Assembly: GCA_030141605.1 (NCBI GenBank)
Contig: JAQGDQ010000894.1
Span: forward strand, 18,952 to 82,951
DNA length: 64,000 nucleotides
Source of the DNA: Tubiluchus corallicola
Taxonomy: Eukaryota; Animalia; Priapulida
Direction of reading: 5' to 3'
Shown here: in pieces, positions 51,674-62,851 of the stretch
How positions within the stretch are numbered: position 1 is the stretch's first letter
Layout: the number at the start of each line of letters is the position of its first letter
Made by a program: the position numbers and the translations under genes
The notes under the pieces: generated by a model
Database searches by the model: none
Told to the model about the DNA's origin: nothing
What the model saw: the letters and a program-made list of their open reading frames with translations, nothing else

Positions 51674-51766
51674 AGATAGATAACTTATATATATTTGGTT
51701 GTCATGATGATAAATAAACTTATAATTATATTTTGGATTTCGAATTTTTTGTATTTTTTTAGAATC

Positions 51767-53594
51767 ATGCAGTCCTGGGCAGTTACTTTATCGATTATCC
51801 TGGCCTGGCAAGCAAGGATGTTAACAGCCCAGCTGTTAAATTTAGACCACCTCTTTGGTCCACCTCCTAATGGTGAGTAGAATAGTCAAATTTAAAATTT
51901 TGCAAAGTTACGGTTGTTGTTGTAAAAGATCCTCTATACATATATTTAGTTTCAAACGATTTAGAACAACTTCTAAAATTCCAAAGGTTTAAATCAATTA
52001 TTTTGTTTTTTTTCAGCATTTCCAACAAGACAGTATCCACCCCGGGTGAGTCCACAAGTCGCAGCACACATCTATGGACCAATAGCACCGAAAACAGATC
52101 GATACGGTAAGATTAACATATAATCACAATACTGTCTAAACATTATTATACAGTCATTTGCAAAAGTTTAAGACCAAGTTCGAATTTTCGGGATTTTCAT
52201 CATACTGTACCCTGATTGCATCAGATTCTTTGTTGATTGCATCATACTGCTAGTGGTTTGAAACAGTACGTCTAGTGAGTATGAGTGACTCATTTGCCTG
52301 CCGCTATCCATACAGATCGGCCGTTTACCTTGTTAAACGGTGGTTTTGTCAATTTTCATGAAAAAATCACGTTGGTCTTAAACTTTTGCAAATGATTGTA
52401 ATCTACTCCCAATTGTAAGTGCAGTGGAAAGCTTAAAAAGCGTTTGCTTCTACACTAGAATCTGGTATGAGATTAATATTAAGTAAATAAAGCCTGAATG
52501 AATGGCAAGCTTCTGTGCAAAGCTTTTCCCGAAAAACTTGAGAAAATCGTGTTTTTTTAAAGCAAAGTTTATATTCCAATAAATTTTATTTAGAACCTGT
52601 TTTAATAAATTTTCTTTTCTAAAAATATTGAGTGCTAACGTTGCACAATGCAGGAACTTAAGAAGTAAAACAATACGCAGAACAAGTAAAACAATACGGG
52701 GGCGTACCAACACTTTACGACGCCATAGGCTGATACTTCTGTCCCGTCCATCTTTATTATGAATTTATGGTTGTTTATGTAACGAATAAATTAAACAGTT
52801 ACTTGTGGTGTATCAGAAATACTATTGGCCTAGTTTCTACATGGTAATTATTAATAACATGTATTTGCGTAGCGCTTTTATCCAAGCAGGCTTGTTGTGT
52901 AATGCCTTGTACGTGTCCGTTGTGTGGTACTTGTAGAAAAGCTGCGTTCAGTAACTGCTTGTGGTGTGTTATAAATAACGCCCTTTTCATGAATATGGAA
53001 GAATACACATTTTCTGAGGAGAATAACATTTTTTTCTAACACGTGACGCCCTTCAAACTTTGGCGCCTAGGCTATAGCCTAGTTACCCTATTGGTAAATA
53101 CGCCCCTGGAGTCATACTGGCAAATATCTTATTATGTGTCCTCTTTTTCAGGATTACCTTGCTCGGTAGATTGTGAAAATTTTGGCGAATGCATCAATTT
53201 AGCTGGTCAACAACGGTGCCTTTGCATCTTGGGATATCAAGGCGAGAAGTGCGAAATACGTCCATTTGAAAAACTAATACCGGAACCCGTGAAGGGACCA
53301 TTTGGACAACCATTACCTGTTCCAGCACATAAACATGGAGAAGCGTTATACTTAGAATTTCCTCCAGCCAATGATGTTCAACATTCACATGTTCATCAAA
53401 ACTTCCACGGAGTATCAACGAGTTTATTCGGGGCCACCGCACAGGCCCATGCTGATGGACCCGTTGGTGGTCCTACTTTCACATTTGGTGGCATCAAGCC
53501 CGGAACAGGATCCGGATTTTTCAGCAGCGGAGGCAGAAGTGGGGGCCGACGAGGAGGTGGAAGAGGTCGTGGCAGAGGTGGACGAAAAGGTTAA
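51767..53594 (+). CDS. Secreted single-EGF protein with Pro/His-rich middle and RGG tail (~212 aa)
   Basis: Exons 51767-51872 (MQSWAVTLSIILAWQARMLTA signal-like), 52017-52106, 53152-53594 (CSVDCENFGECINLAGQQRCLCILGYQGEKC ... GGRSGGRRGGGRGRGRGGRKG-stop); phase-1 GT-AG introns, 639 nt in frame. Confidence 0.8.
52151..52398. mobile_element. Tc1/mariner-type MITE (248 bp)
   Basis: TA|CAGTCATTTGCAAAAGTTTAAGACCAA ... TTGGTCTTAAACTTTTGCAAATGATTG|TA, 27-bp TIR with 1 mismatch. Confidence 0.88.
52697..53108. mobile_element. Possible hAT-like MITE
   Basis: CGGGGGCGTA ... TACGCCCCTG ends; no clear TSD. Confidence 0.4.
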
Positions 53595-54151
53595 TTGTGA
53601 TATGAAATGTAAAAGAGAGAACATTCACTCACTTATGTTTATTTAGCAAACAGTTCACGCTCAAACTCTAAAACGATTAAGACTGAAAAAAGTAATCACA
53701 TCATTTCTTGTCAACTTTTAGTATAAAGTAATAAATAGTTAAAGTAGATTGTAGTTATTTAATCTTACCTGTAAATATTGTGAATCAGAATGATAACTTA
53801 TTATTTAACTTCGTCGTTGTAATTTCTTATGTGATAATTTTACTAGAACTTTCAGGAATTTACAGGGAAGTTTTCGACATCAACACAGAAGAATAAATTG
53901 CTATGCTGACAAATGCAGTTTATATTTAGAAAAAGATATATTTTAAGCAGGTATCTAAAAATAATTAGGCCTGTGTGATTTATTCAAGTTCTCATGTCAT
54001 CCCACCTGAGAAAAGTATTTTTGTCCGACTTATTTATTTGTATGTAGATTGGCGAATATTTACTTTCTAATAAAGGTGGAAATAATCGAAAATTTTTGTT
54101 TTTACTCTTCGCAAAGTAGAGGCTCATTGTACTATTTGTCTAATAATATGG

Positions 54152-54615
54152 ATTTAGTTTAAACATAATTTATTTAGGATTAGATCAGACAGTTTGAACA
54201 ACATGATTTAGGATCCTCGCCACAACAGTCTTTATACACTATTTACAAAAACATTTACAGCAAGAATAGACTATAACTACACAAGCTGACACGTTTCACT
54301 ACAAGATTACATTAGACATTAGTAACATTTACATTAACAATAGATTATAACTACACAAGCTGACACGTTTTACTACAAGATTACATTAGATATTAGTAGA
54401 AAATGACAGTTAGAAAATATTAATATACGAATATTTAAGACTGATGCATTTCATATCAGATAGAAACTACTGGAAGCGATTAGTACGTAATATAAAGTCA
54501 CGTATACATTAGAATATTTTACAGTTAGCAACATAGTTAAATTCATCTTTTCCGAATAATAACAACTTAATTTAATTTATCAAACATAACAACCCTAGCT
54601 AGTTGATACAAGATA
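54152..54615 (-). mobile_element. Second LINE 3' fragment
   Basis: Colinear with 49734-50160, with a small internal duplication. Confidence 0.75.
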
Positions 54616-54984
54616 AAGTGCTGCTATGTTAGATTACTGACAAAGTATAACAATAATAAGGATTTGTCATTATCATCAAACTCTTTACACATTACTTTCG
54701 ATATTTGTCACTTTTAAACACAGAAAAATATAAAGCAGTTACAGGAATATAAGAAACGTACAGAAATTTTCCCAACAATTGAGCTTACAGCGCAGTAAAA
54801 TTAGTAGGAGAGTTAAAATTTTAGTTAGCTAAGACAAAATGAACAGAGCTTAACATTTTCACATACCAAAATCAAATGTAAATTTAAATAAGCGAAGACC
54901 AATATACGAGAATCGATTAGACTATAAACTTTTCTTTACACCTTTATGTTCACTTTGCAAATGAAAAATGTATTTTCATTTGAA

Positions 54985-55565
54985 TTCCAGTGTATTTGGC
55001 CAGCAGTACGCTTTGCCAGTGCATATTTCGCCGATAGTCTATTTTGCCAGTGCACATTTCGCCAGTACCACATTTCGTCGGTACACATTTGCTACTAAAT
55101 CTCGCCCAGTGAAAAGTCTCTACTACATTCAACATCATTTGCCTTTCCATTTTACTATTGCTTCGTTTTTCCAGTAAAAATTCTGTTCTAGACTCTATAT
55201 GATCTGTGTTTCTGTTTAACAAATGTTTCATTTCGCCAGCAGTAGGAAATGTGCATAAGCAAAGTGTACTGCTAGCAAAATGAAGTGCTGCTATGTTAGA
55301 TTACTGATAAAGTATAACAGTAATAAGTACACTGGGAAAGTGTGCGCCAGCGAAATGTGCACTGGTAAACTGCTGTTTACTGCACTGCTTAGTACACTGC
55401 TGAATTTGTGTGATTCGAAATGTACCACAGACTAACTGTACCACTGGCAAAGTGTTAATTGGCAGAATGTACCACAGTAATTGCCAAAGTGTGCACTGGC
55501 GATGCGAGCACTGGCGAAATGTACACACGGCTAAGCGTGCATTGGCAAAATATGCGCTAGCAAAA
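54985..55565. repeat. Fold-back region of short oriented motifs
   Basis: Multiple TTT(C)GCCAGT on the left half and inverted ACTGGC(G)AAA on the right half. Confidence 0.55.
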
Positions 55566-55896
55566 TTGTAATTGAATTATTAGATGCATTGCGAAAAGTA
55601 TCACGCGCAATATGTACGCCTGGAAAACTTTAAATCTTTATAATTCATTGGTAAAATGTTCATTGTCGAGATGTCAACTGGCAAAATCTGCGTATACCAT
55701 TTTATCTTTATAGTATGTCTTAGTGAGTACCCTAAAAACTGAACAGAGTAGATTTTGAATTATAGCTTCGTTAAGTGTATGTAATTCAAGCCTGCGTAAT
55801 ATGCCTAGTTTTTCAGTGCTTTGTAATTTGCATAAAACGACAATTTTTGCCTGTATATGTATATATATATATATATATATATAAGATGGTTGCATA

Positions 55897-56762
55897 AGAA
55901 TTTTCAGTATTTTTTATTTATTAGGAAGTCTTCAATAGGAAATCTTTCATGCTGCAAAATGTATTTCGTATATATATATATACAATCATAAAAATAATTT
56001 TAGCTGTTGGAGTTACACAAGAGACTTTAAAAGACGCATAATTACTTATAAACTTATAGAATACATTTTGCAGCATGAAAGATTTCCTATTGAAAACTTC
56101 CCTATAAATAAAAAATACTGAAAATTCTAATGAAAGCATCACAGGAGGCACGAACAATAAGCTACTATGATACTAATATGGCTACTTTCGAGGTTTTCAG
56201 TGCTTTGCAGTTTGCATAAAACGATCATTTTTGACCACACATAACTTGACAGCAATTCCTGCTGTCACTCACAGACACGATATCATTTTAAGCATTTTTG
56301 CCTAGGCCAAATTTCAGAAAACATAAATATTTATAATTAGTGACGCTAATAAATAACTTTGCTCTCACACATGGGCGACATCATTTATGCCTATTAGAAA
56401 TTTCTGAACAATTCCAGCAAACTATATACAAACACACATCAAATAAATAATTTCGGAAGGATATTCATCTACCACGTTTTATTTTATGGTGCCTTATGGC
56501 CAGCAGCATTTATGGATCAATGAAATTTTGGAGTTTTTAATATAATGTCATAAAGAATATATTATGTAGACTATAATAGTAGCTTATTGTTCGTGCCTCT
56601 TGTGAAGCTTTCATTAGAATTTTCAGTATTTTTTATTTATAGGGAAGTTTTCAATAGGAAATCTTTCATGCTGCAAAATGTATTTTATAAGTTTATAGGC
56701 AATTATGCGTCTTTTAAAGTCTCTCGTGTAACTACAATAGCTAAAATTATTTTTATGAATGT

Positions 56763-56800
<38 letters not shown>
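55897..56800. repeat. Nested imperfect inverted repeats ending in (TA)n
   Basis: 55965-56168 is the diverged reverse complement of 56576-56790; 55897-55965 is inverted relative to 56060-56130. Confidence 0.85.
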
Positions 56801-56810
<10 letters not shown>

Positions 56811-56820
56811 ATGCGTATGA

Positions 56821-57102
56821 CTTGGTACAAATGTCAATTTTGTTCAAATATTGAATAAAGACCAAATTTATGTGCGGACATTTGAAAGAGGAGTAGAAGC
56901 TGAAACGCTTTCTTGCGGAACAGGAGTTACGGCATCAGCAATAGCGTTTAGTGCAATGCAAGGCAATACCAACGCGATATTAGTAAAGACCAGAGGAGGT
57001 AGTTTTCAAGTAAAGTTTAAAACTACGGATTTAAAAAACTATGAAGACATTTACTTAATAGGAAAAGCTGTTATGGTTTTTAAAGGTACAATTAAAGTTT
57101 GA
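56821..57102 (+). CDS. dapF: Diaminopimelate epimerase, C-terminal fragment only (bacterial)
   Basis: GTNVNFVQ...VRTFERGVEAETLSCGTGVTASA is the DapF C-domain signature; the N-terminal part is missing, with in-frame TGA at 56818. Confidence 0.9.
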   Translation, partial: LGTNVNFVQILNKDQIYVRTFERGVEAETLSCGTGVTASAIAFSAMQGNTNAILVKTRGGSFQVKFKTTDLKNYEDIYLIGKAVMVFKGTIKV

Positions 57103-57103
57103 A

Positions 57104-58015
57104 ATGGAATTGAAACTCAATATTGATGACATAAAAAAGCACGGAAAGATCAGTTTTTTTGCAAGGCAGTTAGTAGAAGGATTTATTACAGGCTTGCATA
57201 AATCACCATATCATGGTTTTTCTTCTGAGTTTACTGAGCATCGTCAATACAATGAAGGTGAGAGTATTAAAGAAATAGACTGGAAAATTTATGCGCGTAC
57301 AGATAGGTTATTTATCAAACAGTATGAAGAAGAGATAAATCTAAGGTGTTACCTGCTTATTGACACTTCTTCTTCTATGTACTACCCATCTTCTAACAAA
57401 GGAAAAATAGTGTTTTGCTTATTAGCGGCGGCGGCGTTATCCTATTTATTACAAAAGCAACGAGATGGTATAGGATTATATTTTTTTGCTGACAAAATAG
57501 AAATGGAGATGCCTCCAAAGTCAACGAAAATACATTTGCATAATATATTTTCAGTTTTAGAAAAACAATTAAATAGCACATCAAAAAACAAAAAATCAGA
57601 TATTGCTTCTGTATTGCATTACATATCAAACAAAGCGCATAGCAGGTCGCTTATTATTATTTTTAGTGATATGATTACTCATGAAAAGGATAACAAAAAA
57701 ATATTTAATGCACTACATCATTTGAAGTATAGCAAACACGAGGTGCTGTTATTTCATGTAGTAGACTCTAAAACTGAAATAAATTTTGATTTTTCTAATA
57801 AACCGTATCAATTCGTTGACTTAGAAACGGGAAAAAGTGTAAAAGTCACACCTTCTGTTTTTAGTCAACATTTTAAAGACAAGACAAGCGATTATCATAA
57901 AATGCTAAAAGCAAAGTGTGAACAATTGAAGATTGATTTTGTAGAAGTAGATATTAATGACTCTTTTAATAAGATCTTAACGCACTATTTAGCAAAAAGA
58001 AAAAATAAAACTTAA
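57104..58015 (+). CDS. DUF58 / vWA-like protein
   Basis: GLHKSPYHGFSSEFTEHRQYNEGE...IDWK.YARTDRL..KQYEEE...LLIDTSSSM motif. Confidence 0.9.
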   Translation: MELKLNIDDIKKHGKISFFARQLVEGFITGLHKSPYHGFSSEFTEHRQYNEGESIKEIDWKIYARTDRLFIKQYEEEINLRCYLLIDTSSSMYYPSSNKGKIVFCLLAAAALSYLLQKQRDGIGLYFFADKIEMEMPPKSTKIHLHNIFSVLEKQLNSTSKNKKSDIASVLHYISNKAHSRSLIIIFSDMITHEKDNKKIFNALHHLKYSKHEVLLFHVVDSKTEINFDFSNKPYQFVDLETGKSVKVTPSVFSQHFKDKTSDYHKMLKAKCEQLKIDFVEVDINDSFNKILTHYLAKRKNKT

Positions 58016-58482
58016 AATAAAGATATTTTTTCGCTATGCTCTACCTTTATCCTTATGGGTATGCCCTTAACAGCAACAACTACAAATCCTTTTACATTAA
58101 GAGTAACTCCTTTTGACTTAGTCAAAATAGAAATAGGCAAATGTTCATTGATTTTTTTTGTAGGAATTTGTATACTGAAAGGAACAATAAACTCTGTATT
58201 TGAGTTTGCTGATATTTTTTCTTTTTGATTTATATCACCTAATTTTTTATCTGATAAATAAACTTCTAATTCTACCTTTTTAATTTTTACTTTGAAATTA
58301 TTTGGGTTGTAAAAAACAGCTTTTGAGGATATAACAACATTGTCTCCACCTAAACTTAGTGAATGATCTTGAATTCTTCTAAATTCAATCCCATCATGTT
58401 CACACGCAAGTAGGGTGAACAATGGAAGCAGAAAAAACAATAAAGTTGCTTTCTTACGAAGTCGTTTAATCATAATTCTCAT
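58012..58482 (-). CDS. LEA type 2 (WHy) domain putative lipoprotein
   Basis: Lipobox-like LLAC after a hydrophobic stretch; YNPNNF motif typical of LEA_2. Confidence 0.72.
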   Translation of the reverse strand: MRIMIKRLRKKATLLFFLLPLFTLLACEHDGIEFRRIQDHSLSLGGDNVVISSKAVFYNPNNFKVKIKKVELEVYLSDKKLGDINQKEKISANSNTEFIVPFSIQIPTKKINEHLPISILTKSKGVTLNVKGFVVVAVKGIPIRIKVEHSEKISLF

Positions 58483-58834
58483 TTTTTTTGAATTTTAATT
58501 TATATATGTACATCATTGATATATAAAGCGACATTCCTAATCCATTAGCAAGGATATCTAATAGTTCGAATGCTCGATATGGCATAAAAAACTGGATACC
58601 TTCCAATAATATGCTATACAAAAAAACAGCCAAAAATTTCTGCAGTAATTTTTTCCCAGGATGAAATCCTAAGTCAAAAAACATAAACAAAAAAAAGAAC
58701 CCAACAAAATGATTAACTTTATCATTTATCTCATAAGATGAACTTAACCCTGCTGTGTTGAGAGAGAAGTATAATGATAGTAGGAAAAGAGTAAAAAATA
58801 AAAACTTGAAAAATAACCGTAATAAATTATGCAT
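58466..58834 (-). CDS. VanZ-family membrane protein
   Basis: DKVNHFVGF, E.IQFFMPYR.F...DILAN..G motifs. Confidence 0.85.
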   Translation of the reverse strand: MHNLLRLFFKFLFFTLFLLSLYFSLNTAGLSSSYEINDKVNHFVGFFFLFMFFDLGFHPGKKLLQKFLAVFLYSILLEGIQFFMPYRAFELLDILANGLGMSLYISMMYIYKLKFKKNENYD

Positions 58835-58844
58835 AGCTCATTTG

Positions 58845-60128
58845 TTAGAGTTTGAAGTATTTTCCCCACCGTTCAAAAGCAGAACGCTCTAATGCTTCTT
58901 GATGTTTAGGGTGCGCAATTTTTATTAGTCTTCGTGCCCTCTCTTTCATTGATTGTCCATACAAGTATGCAATACCATATTCGGTGACTACATAGTGCAC
59001 ATTTGCACGCGTTGATACTACGCCAGCACCCTCTTTTAGAAAGGATGTGATTTTTGACACACCTCTATTAGTAGTAGAGGGAAAGGCGATAATAGGCTTC
59101 CCTCCATCAGAGTATGAAGCTCCACGGATAAAATCTATTTGCCCTCCAACTCCTGAGTAGTGTTTATATCCTATGGAATCTGCACAAACTTGTCCTGTCA
59201 AATCTATTTCTATTGCACTGTTTATAGCAGTGACTTTTGGGTTTTTTCTAATAGTTTTTATATCATTTACAAATGACACTTCCATCATTGACACGCGTGG
59301 GTTGTCATCAATAAAATTGTATGTTTTTTGGCTGCCCATAACAAATGAAGCAACTATTTGCCCCTTCATTACTTTTTTGTTTTCATTGGTTATAGCTCCC
59401 TTTTTTACCAAATCTATCACATTATCAGAAAACATTTCTGTATGTACTCCCAAGTCTTTATGGTTAGAAAGATTAGAGAGTACCGCATTAGGCAATGCCC
59501 CTATTCCCATTTGCAAAGTCGCTCCATCGTCTACTAATGAAGCTATGTTTTGAGCTATTTTCTCCTCTATCTTAGAAGGAGAAGGAGGAGGAACTAAATG
59601 TAAGGGAGACTCATGCTCTACAAAATAATCAAATTTACTTTGGTGGATGCAGGCTTCTCCTAATGCGCGTGGAACCTGTGGGTTAACTTGTGCAATTACA
59701 GTTTTGGCGCATTCAACAGCTGTCTTTGATGTGTCTACTGAAGGTCCCAAAGAGACAAAACCATGCTTGTCTGGAGGACTTACTTGCATAAGGGCAACAT
59801 CAACTGGGATGATGTTTTTCTTTATAAGCTTGGGAACTTCGCTTAAAAAAACAGGAATATAGTCTGCTTGTCCTTCTTGTGTTGCTCTGCGGACATTAGG
59901 CCCTACAAAAAAAGATTTTAATTTGAAATTCTCAGCATATTGTGGCTCAACGTATGGGGCTTTGCTTTCTGTATGCAAATGTACGATAGTTACACTTTTT
60001 AACTCAGAGGCTCTATTTACCATGGCATCAATTAGCACTTGCGGCGCCATGGCAACGCTATGAATAAAGACTGTGTCTTTTGAGTTAATGTGTTTAACGG
60101 CTTCTTCAGCTGTTGTTGTTTTGGGCAT
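58845..60128 (-). CDS. Acetyl-CoA hydrolase/transferase family (4-hydroxybutyrate CoA-transferase-like)
   Basis: TLQMGIGALPNA, HTEMFSD, GVGGQIDFIRGA, VVTEYG motifs. Confidence 0.92.
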   Translation of the reverse strand: MPKTTTAEEAVKHINSKDTVFIHSVAMAPQVLIDAMVNRASELKSVTIVHLHTESKAPYVEPQYAENFKLKSFFVGPNVRRATQEGQADYIPVFLSEVPKLIKKNIIPVDVALMQVSPPDKHGFVSLGPSVDTSKTAVECAKTVIAQVNPQVPRALGEACIHQSKFDYFVEHESPLHLVPPPSPSKIEEKIAQNIASLVDDGATLQMGIGALPNAVLSNLSNHKDLGVHTEMFSDNVIDLVKKGAITNENKKVMKGQIVASFVMGSQKTYNFIDDNPRVSMMEVSFVNDIKTIRKNPKVTAINSAIEIDLTGQVCADSIGYKHYSGVGGQIDFIRGASYSDGGKPIIAFPSTTNRGVSKITSFLKEGAGVVSTRANVHYVVTEYGIAYLYGQSMKERARRLIKIAHPKHQEALERSAFERWGKYFKL

Positions 60129-60158
60129 TTTAATTTAAGGATTTGTTTGTTTTTTTTG

Positions 60159-60166
60159 CAAAGTTA
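60159..60166 (-). promoter_or_regulatory. Bacteroidetes -7 promoter element TAACTTTG
   Basis: Matches the TAnnTTTG consensus ~30 nt upstream of the CoA-transferase ATG. Confidence 0.6.
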
Positions 60167-60219
60167 CGTTTTTTTTGAAAACAAAGCATTATCTTGGTCA
60201 AATAAAAATTATTAAAATA

Positions 60220-61440
60220 ATGTATGATGTTATATTTATAGGTGGAGGCATTGTTGGGCTGGCAAGCAATTATGCTGTTAGAGAACAAGATACTGTTTTG
60301 AAGACACTCTTACTAGAAAAGGAAAAAAAATTAGCAGCACATCAAACAGCCAATAATAGTGGAGTAATACATTCTGGTATTTATTATAAACCAGGCAGTT
60401 TGAAAGCAGAAAATTGCAAATGGGGATACAGAAAATTATTACAATTTTGCAATCAAGAAGAAATTGACTATGAAATTTGTGGAAAAATAATAGTTGCAAC
60501 AAGAGAAACACAGTTGGAAGCATTAGCTATGCTTCATCATAGAGCAAAAGAGAATAAATTAGAAGGAGTTAACTATCTTTCTTCTCAAGAATTAAAGGAA
60601 AAAGAACCAAATGTAGCGGGAATTAAGGGTTTGTTTGTCCCTCAAACAGGAATAACAGACTTTGAGAAAATAGCAATTAAATACGCGGAAAAGATTCAAA
60701 ATTTAGGCGGAGAAATTTCAACAGGTGAAAAAGTTATAGATATTCGTTTTTATGGAAATCATGTGGAAGTTATTACAGAAAAAAATACTTACAGTACCAA
60801 GTTAGTTGTAAACTGCGCAGGCTTATACTCTGATAAAATTGCCGAATTTTCTCATGACAATTTAGGAATAAAAATTATTCCTTTTAGGGGTGAATACTAT
60901 AAAATAAAAAGAGAGAAACAAGGAATAGTAAAGAATCTTATATATCCCGTGCCAGACATAAAATTTCCTTTTTTGGGAGTGCATTTTACAAGAATGATAA
61001 AAGATGGTGGAGGAGTAGAGGCGGGGCCAAATGCTGTTTTTGCTATGGCACGTGAGGGATATAGAAAGTTTGATGTGAATGTTAAAGAATTATGGGAAAC
61101 AATCACCTTTAAAGGATTTAAAATTTTAATAAAAAAATACTGGAATGTAGGGCTACATGAAATGTATAGATCTTTTTCAAAACGAGCATTTACAAAAGCC
61201 TTACAAGAGTTAGTACCATTGATACAAAAGGAAGATATGGAAGCAGGAGGAGCAGGTGTTAGGGCTCAAGCTTGTGATGCTAAGGGAAATCTAATTGACG
61301 ATTTTTTAGTCTATGAAACTCCCAAAATGATTAATGTCTGCAATGCACCATCTCCAGCAGCCACTTCATCGTTGGCTATTGGAGAAAAGGTTTCTCAACT
61401 AGTATTTAAAAGAAAATTAAAAAAAAGTAATGCAAATTAG
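60220..61440 (+). CDS. lhgO: L-2-hydroxyglutarate oxidase
   Basis: MYDVIFIGGGIVGLA, HQTANNSGVIHSGIYY.PGSLKA, PFRGEYY, FPFLGVHFTR, NAPSPAATSSL; the ATG at 60220 is preferred over the TTG at 60175. Confidence 0.93.
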   Translation: MYDVIFIGGGIVGLASNYAVREQDTVLKTLLLEKEKKLAAHQTANNSGVIHSGIYYKPGSLKAENCKWGYRKLLQFCNQEEIDYEICGKIIVATRETQLEALAMLHHRAKENKLEGVNYLSSQELKEKEPNVAGIKGLFVPQTGITDFEKIAIKYAEKIQNLGGEISTGEKVIDIRFYGNHVEVITEKNTYSTKLVVNCAGLYSDKIAEFSHDNLGIKIIPFRGEYYKIKREKQGIVKNLIYPVPDIKFPFLGVHFTRMIKDGGGVEAGPNAVFAMAREGYRKFDVNVKELWETITFKGFKILIKKYWNVGLHEMYRSFSKRAFTKALQELVPLIQKEDMEAGGAGVRAQACDAKGNLIDDFLVYETPKMINVCNAPSPAATSSLAIGEKVSQLVFKRKLKKSNAN

Positions 61441-61531
61441 TCATCATAAGAGTTAAAACTCTATGGTCTTTCTATTTCTATATAAGGATAAATTTATTGC
61501 AAATGTTTTCTGTGAAATTGTTATGAATAAT

Positions 61532-61539
61532 TATATTTG
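61532..61539 (+). promoter_or_regulatory. Possible Bacteroidetes -7 element TATATTTG upstream of sugar-nucleotide operon
   Basis: TAnnTTTG match in the lhgO-rfbC intergenic region; the AT-rich context makes a chance match possible. Confidence 0.4.
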
Positions 61540-61787
61540 TGTGCATATTATAATGTAACTGTTATGCCATGAAAAATAATTTTCCACTAAAGATTTCATG
61601 CCTTAAAGATATGAAAAGTATCTAAGCTGCTCAGCTACAGTTTAGTGTTTTAATTGTGAGGCCTGCTCCTCTGTTAAAAGTAAAGTAGCAGGTTATTAAA
61701 AAATAATAAGATTATAAAACTTAACACGGAAAATGAAGCATAAGTTAAATATATACGTTGCAAGAAAACAAAGAATATAGAACAAAA

Positions 61788-62354
61788 GTGAAGATACATA
61801 TAGAAGAGACCCATATTGATGCTGTGAAAATTGTTATACCTGAAATATTTCAAGATGAAAGAGGTTTTTTTATGGAAGCATTTAGAAAAGACCAGTTTCA
61901 AGAATTGGGTTTGCCTACCGATTTTGTACAATTAAACCATTCGGGTTCAGTAAAAAATGTATTAAGAGGATTACATTTTCAATGGCAGCCACAAATGGGT
62001 AAGTTGATGAGAGTAACAAAGGGAGAAGCATTTTTAGTTGCAGTAGATATAAGAAAAGATTCCCCTTCTTTGGGAAAATGGGTAGGAGAGATATGTTCTG
62101 ATAAAAACAGAAAACAGCTATACGCTCCAGCAAGTTTTGCAAGAGGTTTTTGCGTATTATCAGATTATGCAGAAATACAATACCTTTGTACAGCAACGTA
62201 TAATAGTAAAGCAGAATCAGGAATCTGTTGGAATGACCCTGCAATAAACATAGCATGGCCTGTTAATAACCCTATTTTATCTGAAAAGGATAAAAACGCA
62301 CAGTCATTGGCTCAATGGCTACAAAGGAGTGAATCAGAGAGCTTTAAGATTTAA
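61788..62354 (+). CDS. rfbC: dTDP-4-dehydrorhamnose 3,5-epimerase
   Basis: F.DERGFF.E, QLNHSGS...VLRGLHFQ, AVDIRKDSP..GKW, WNDP.I.I.WP; probable GTG start at 61788 (ORF track start 61758). Confidence 0.93.
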   Translation: MKIHIEETHIDAVKIVIPEIFQDERGFFMEAFRKDQFQELGLPTDFVQLNHSGSVKNVLRGLHFQWQPQMGKLMRVTKGEAFLVAVDIRKDSPSLGKWVGEICSDKNRKQLYAPASFARGFCVLSDYAEIQYLCTATYNSKAESGICWNDPAINIAWPVNNPILSEKDKNAQSLAQWLQRSESESFKI

Positions 62355-62377
62355 ACTATTTATAAAATATATTTATT

Positions 62378-62820
62378 ATGAAAATTTTGATAGTAGGAGG
62401 AGCGGGCTACATTGGAAGCGCATTGGTGTCTAAGCTCATTTCAAAAAAACATGAAATAAAGGTAGTAGATTTGTTGTGGTTTGGCAACAACTTGCCCAGC
62501 GGTGTTCCAGTTGATAAAAAAGATATTTTTGATTTAAATGTAGAGGATGTTGAAGGATTTGATCAAGCAATATTTTTAGGAGGATTGTCTAATGACCCAA
62601 TGGCGGAATTTTCCCCCTCCAAAAATTTTATTTATAATGCAGCAGCGCCTCTCTATTTTGCCTACATATGCAAACAAGCAAGAGTAAAAAGATTTATTTA
62701 CGCTGGCTCTTGCTCTGTTTATGGCTATACGGTTAATGAACTTTATAGCGAAGAGTCCCCAACGGTTTCTGATTATCCATATGGTCTTTCTAAGCTACAA
62801 GGGGAGCAAGGCATAGTACC
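62378..62820 (+). pseudogene. Truncated duplicate of NAD-dependent epimerase/dehydratase
   Basis: Identical to the first ~148 codons of 62852-63808(-); broken at the inversion junction 62820/62821. Confidence 0.85.
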
Positions 62821-62851
62821 TCCTATAATTACAATTTTCATAATACTATAT

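Noticed and set aside
53043-53151. N-terminus of the 183-aa ORF
   Set aside because: Intronic/MITE sequence; the real exon starts after the acceptor at 53151.
58466-58834. Glycopeptide resistance locus
   Set aside because: VanZ-family genes are widespread; no other van genes are present.
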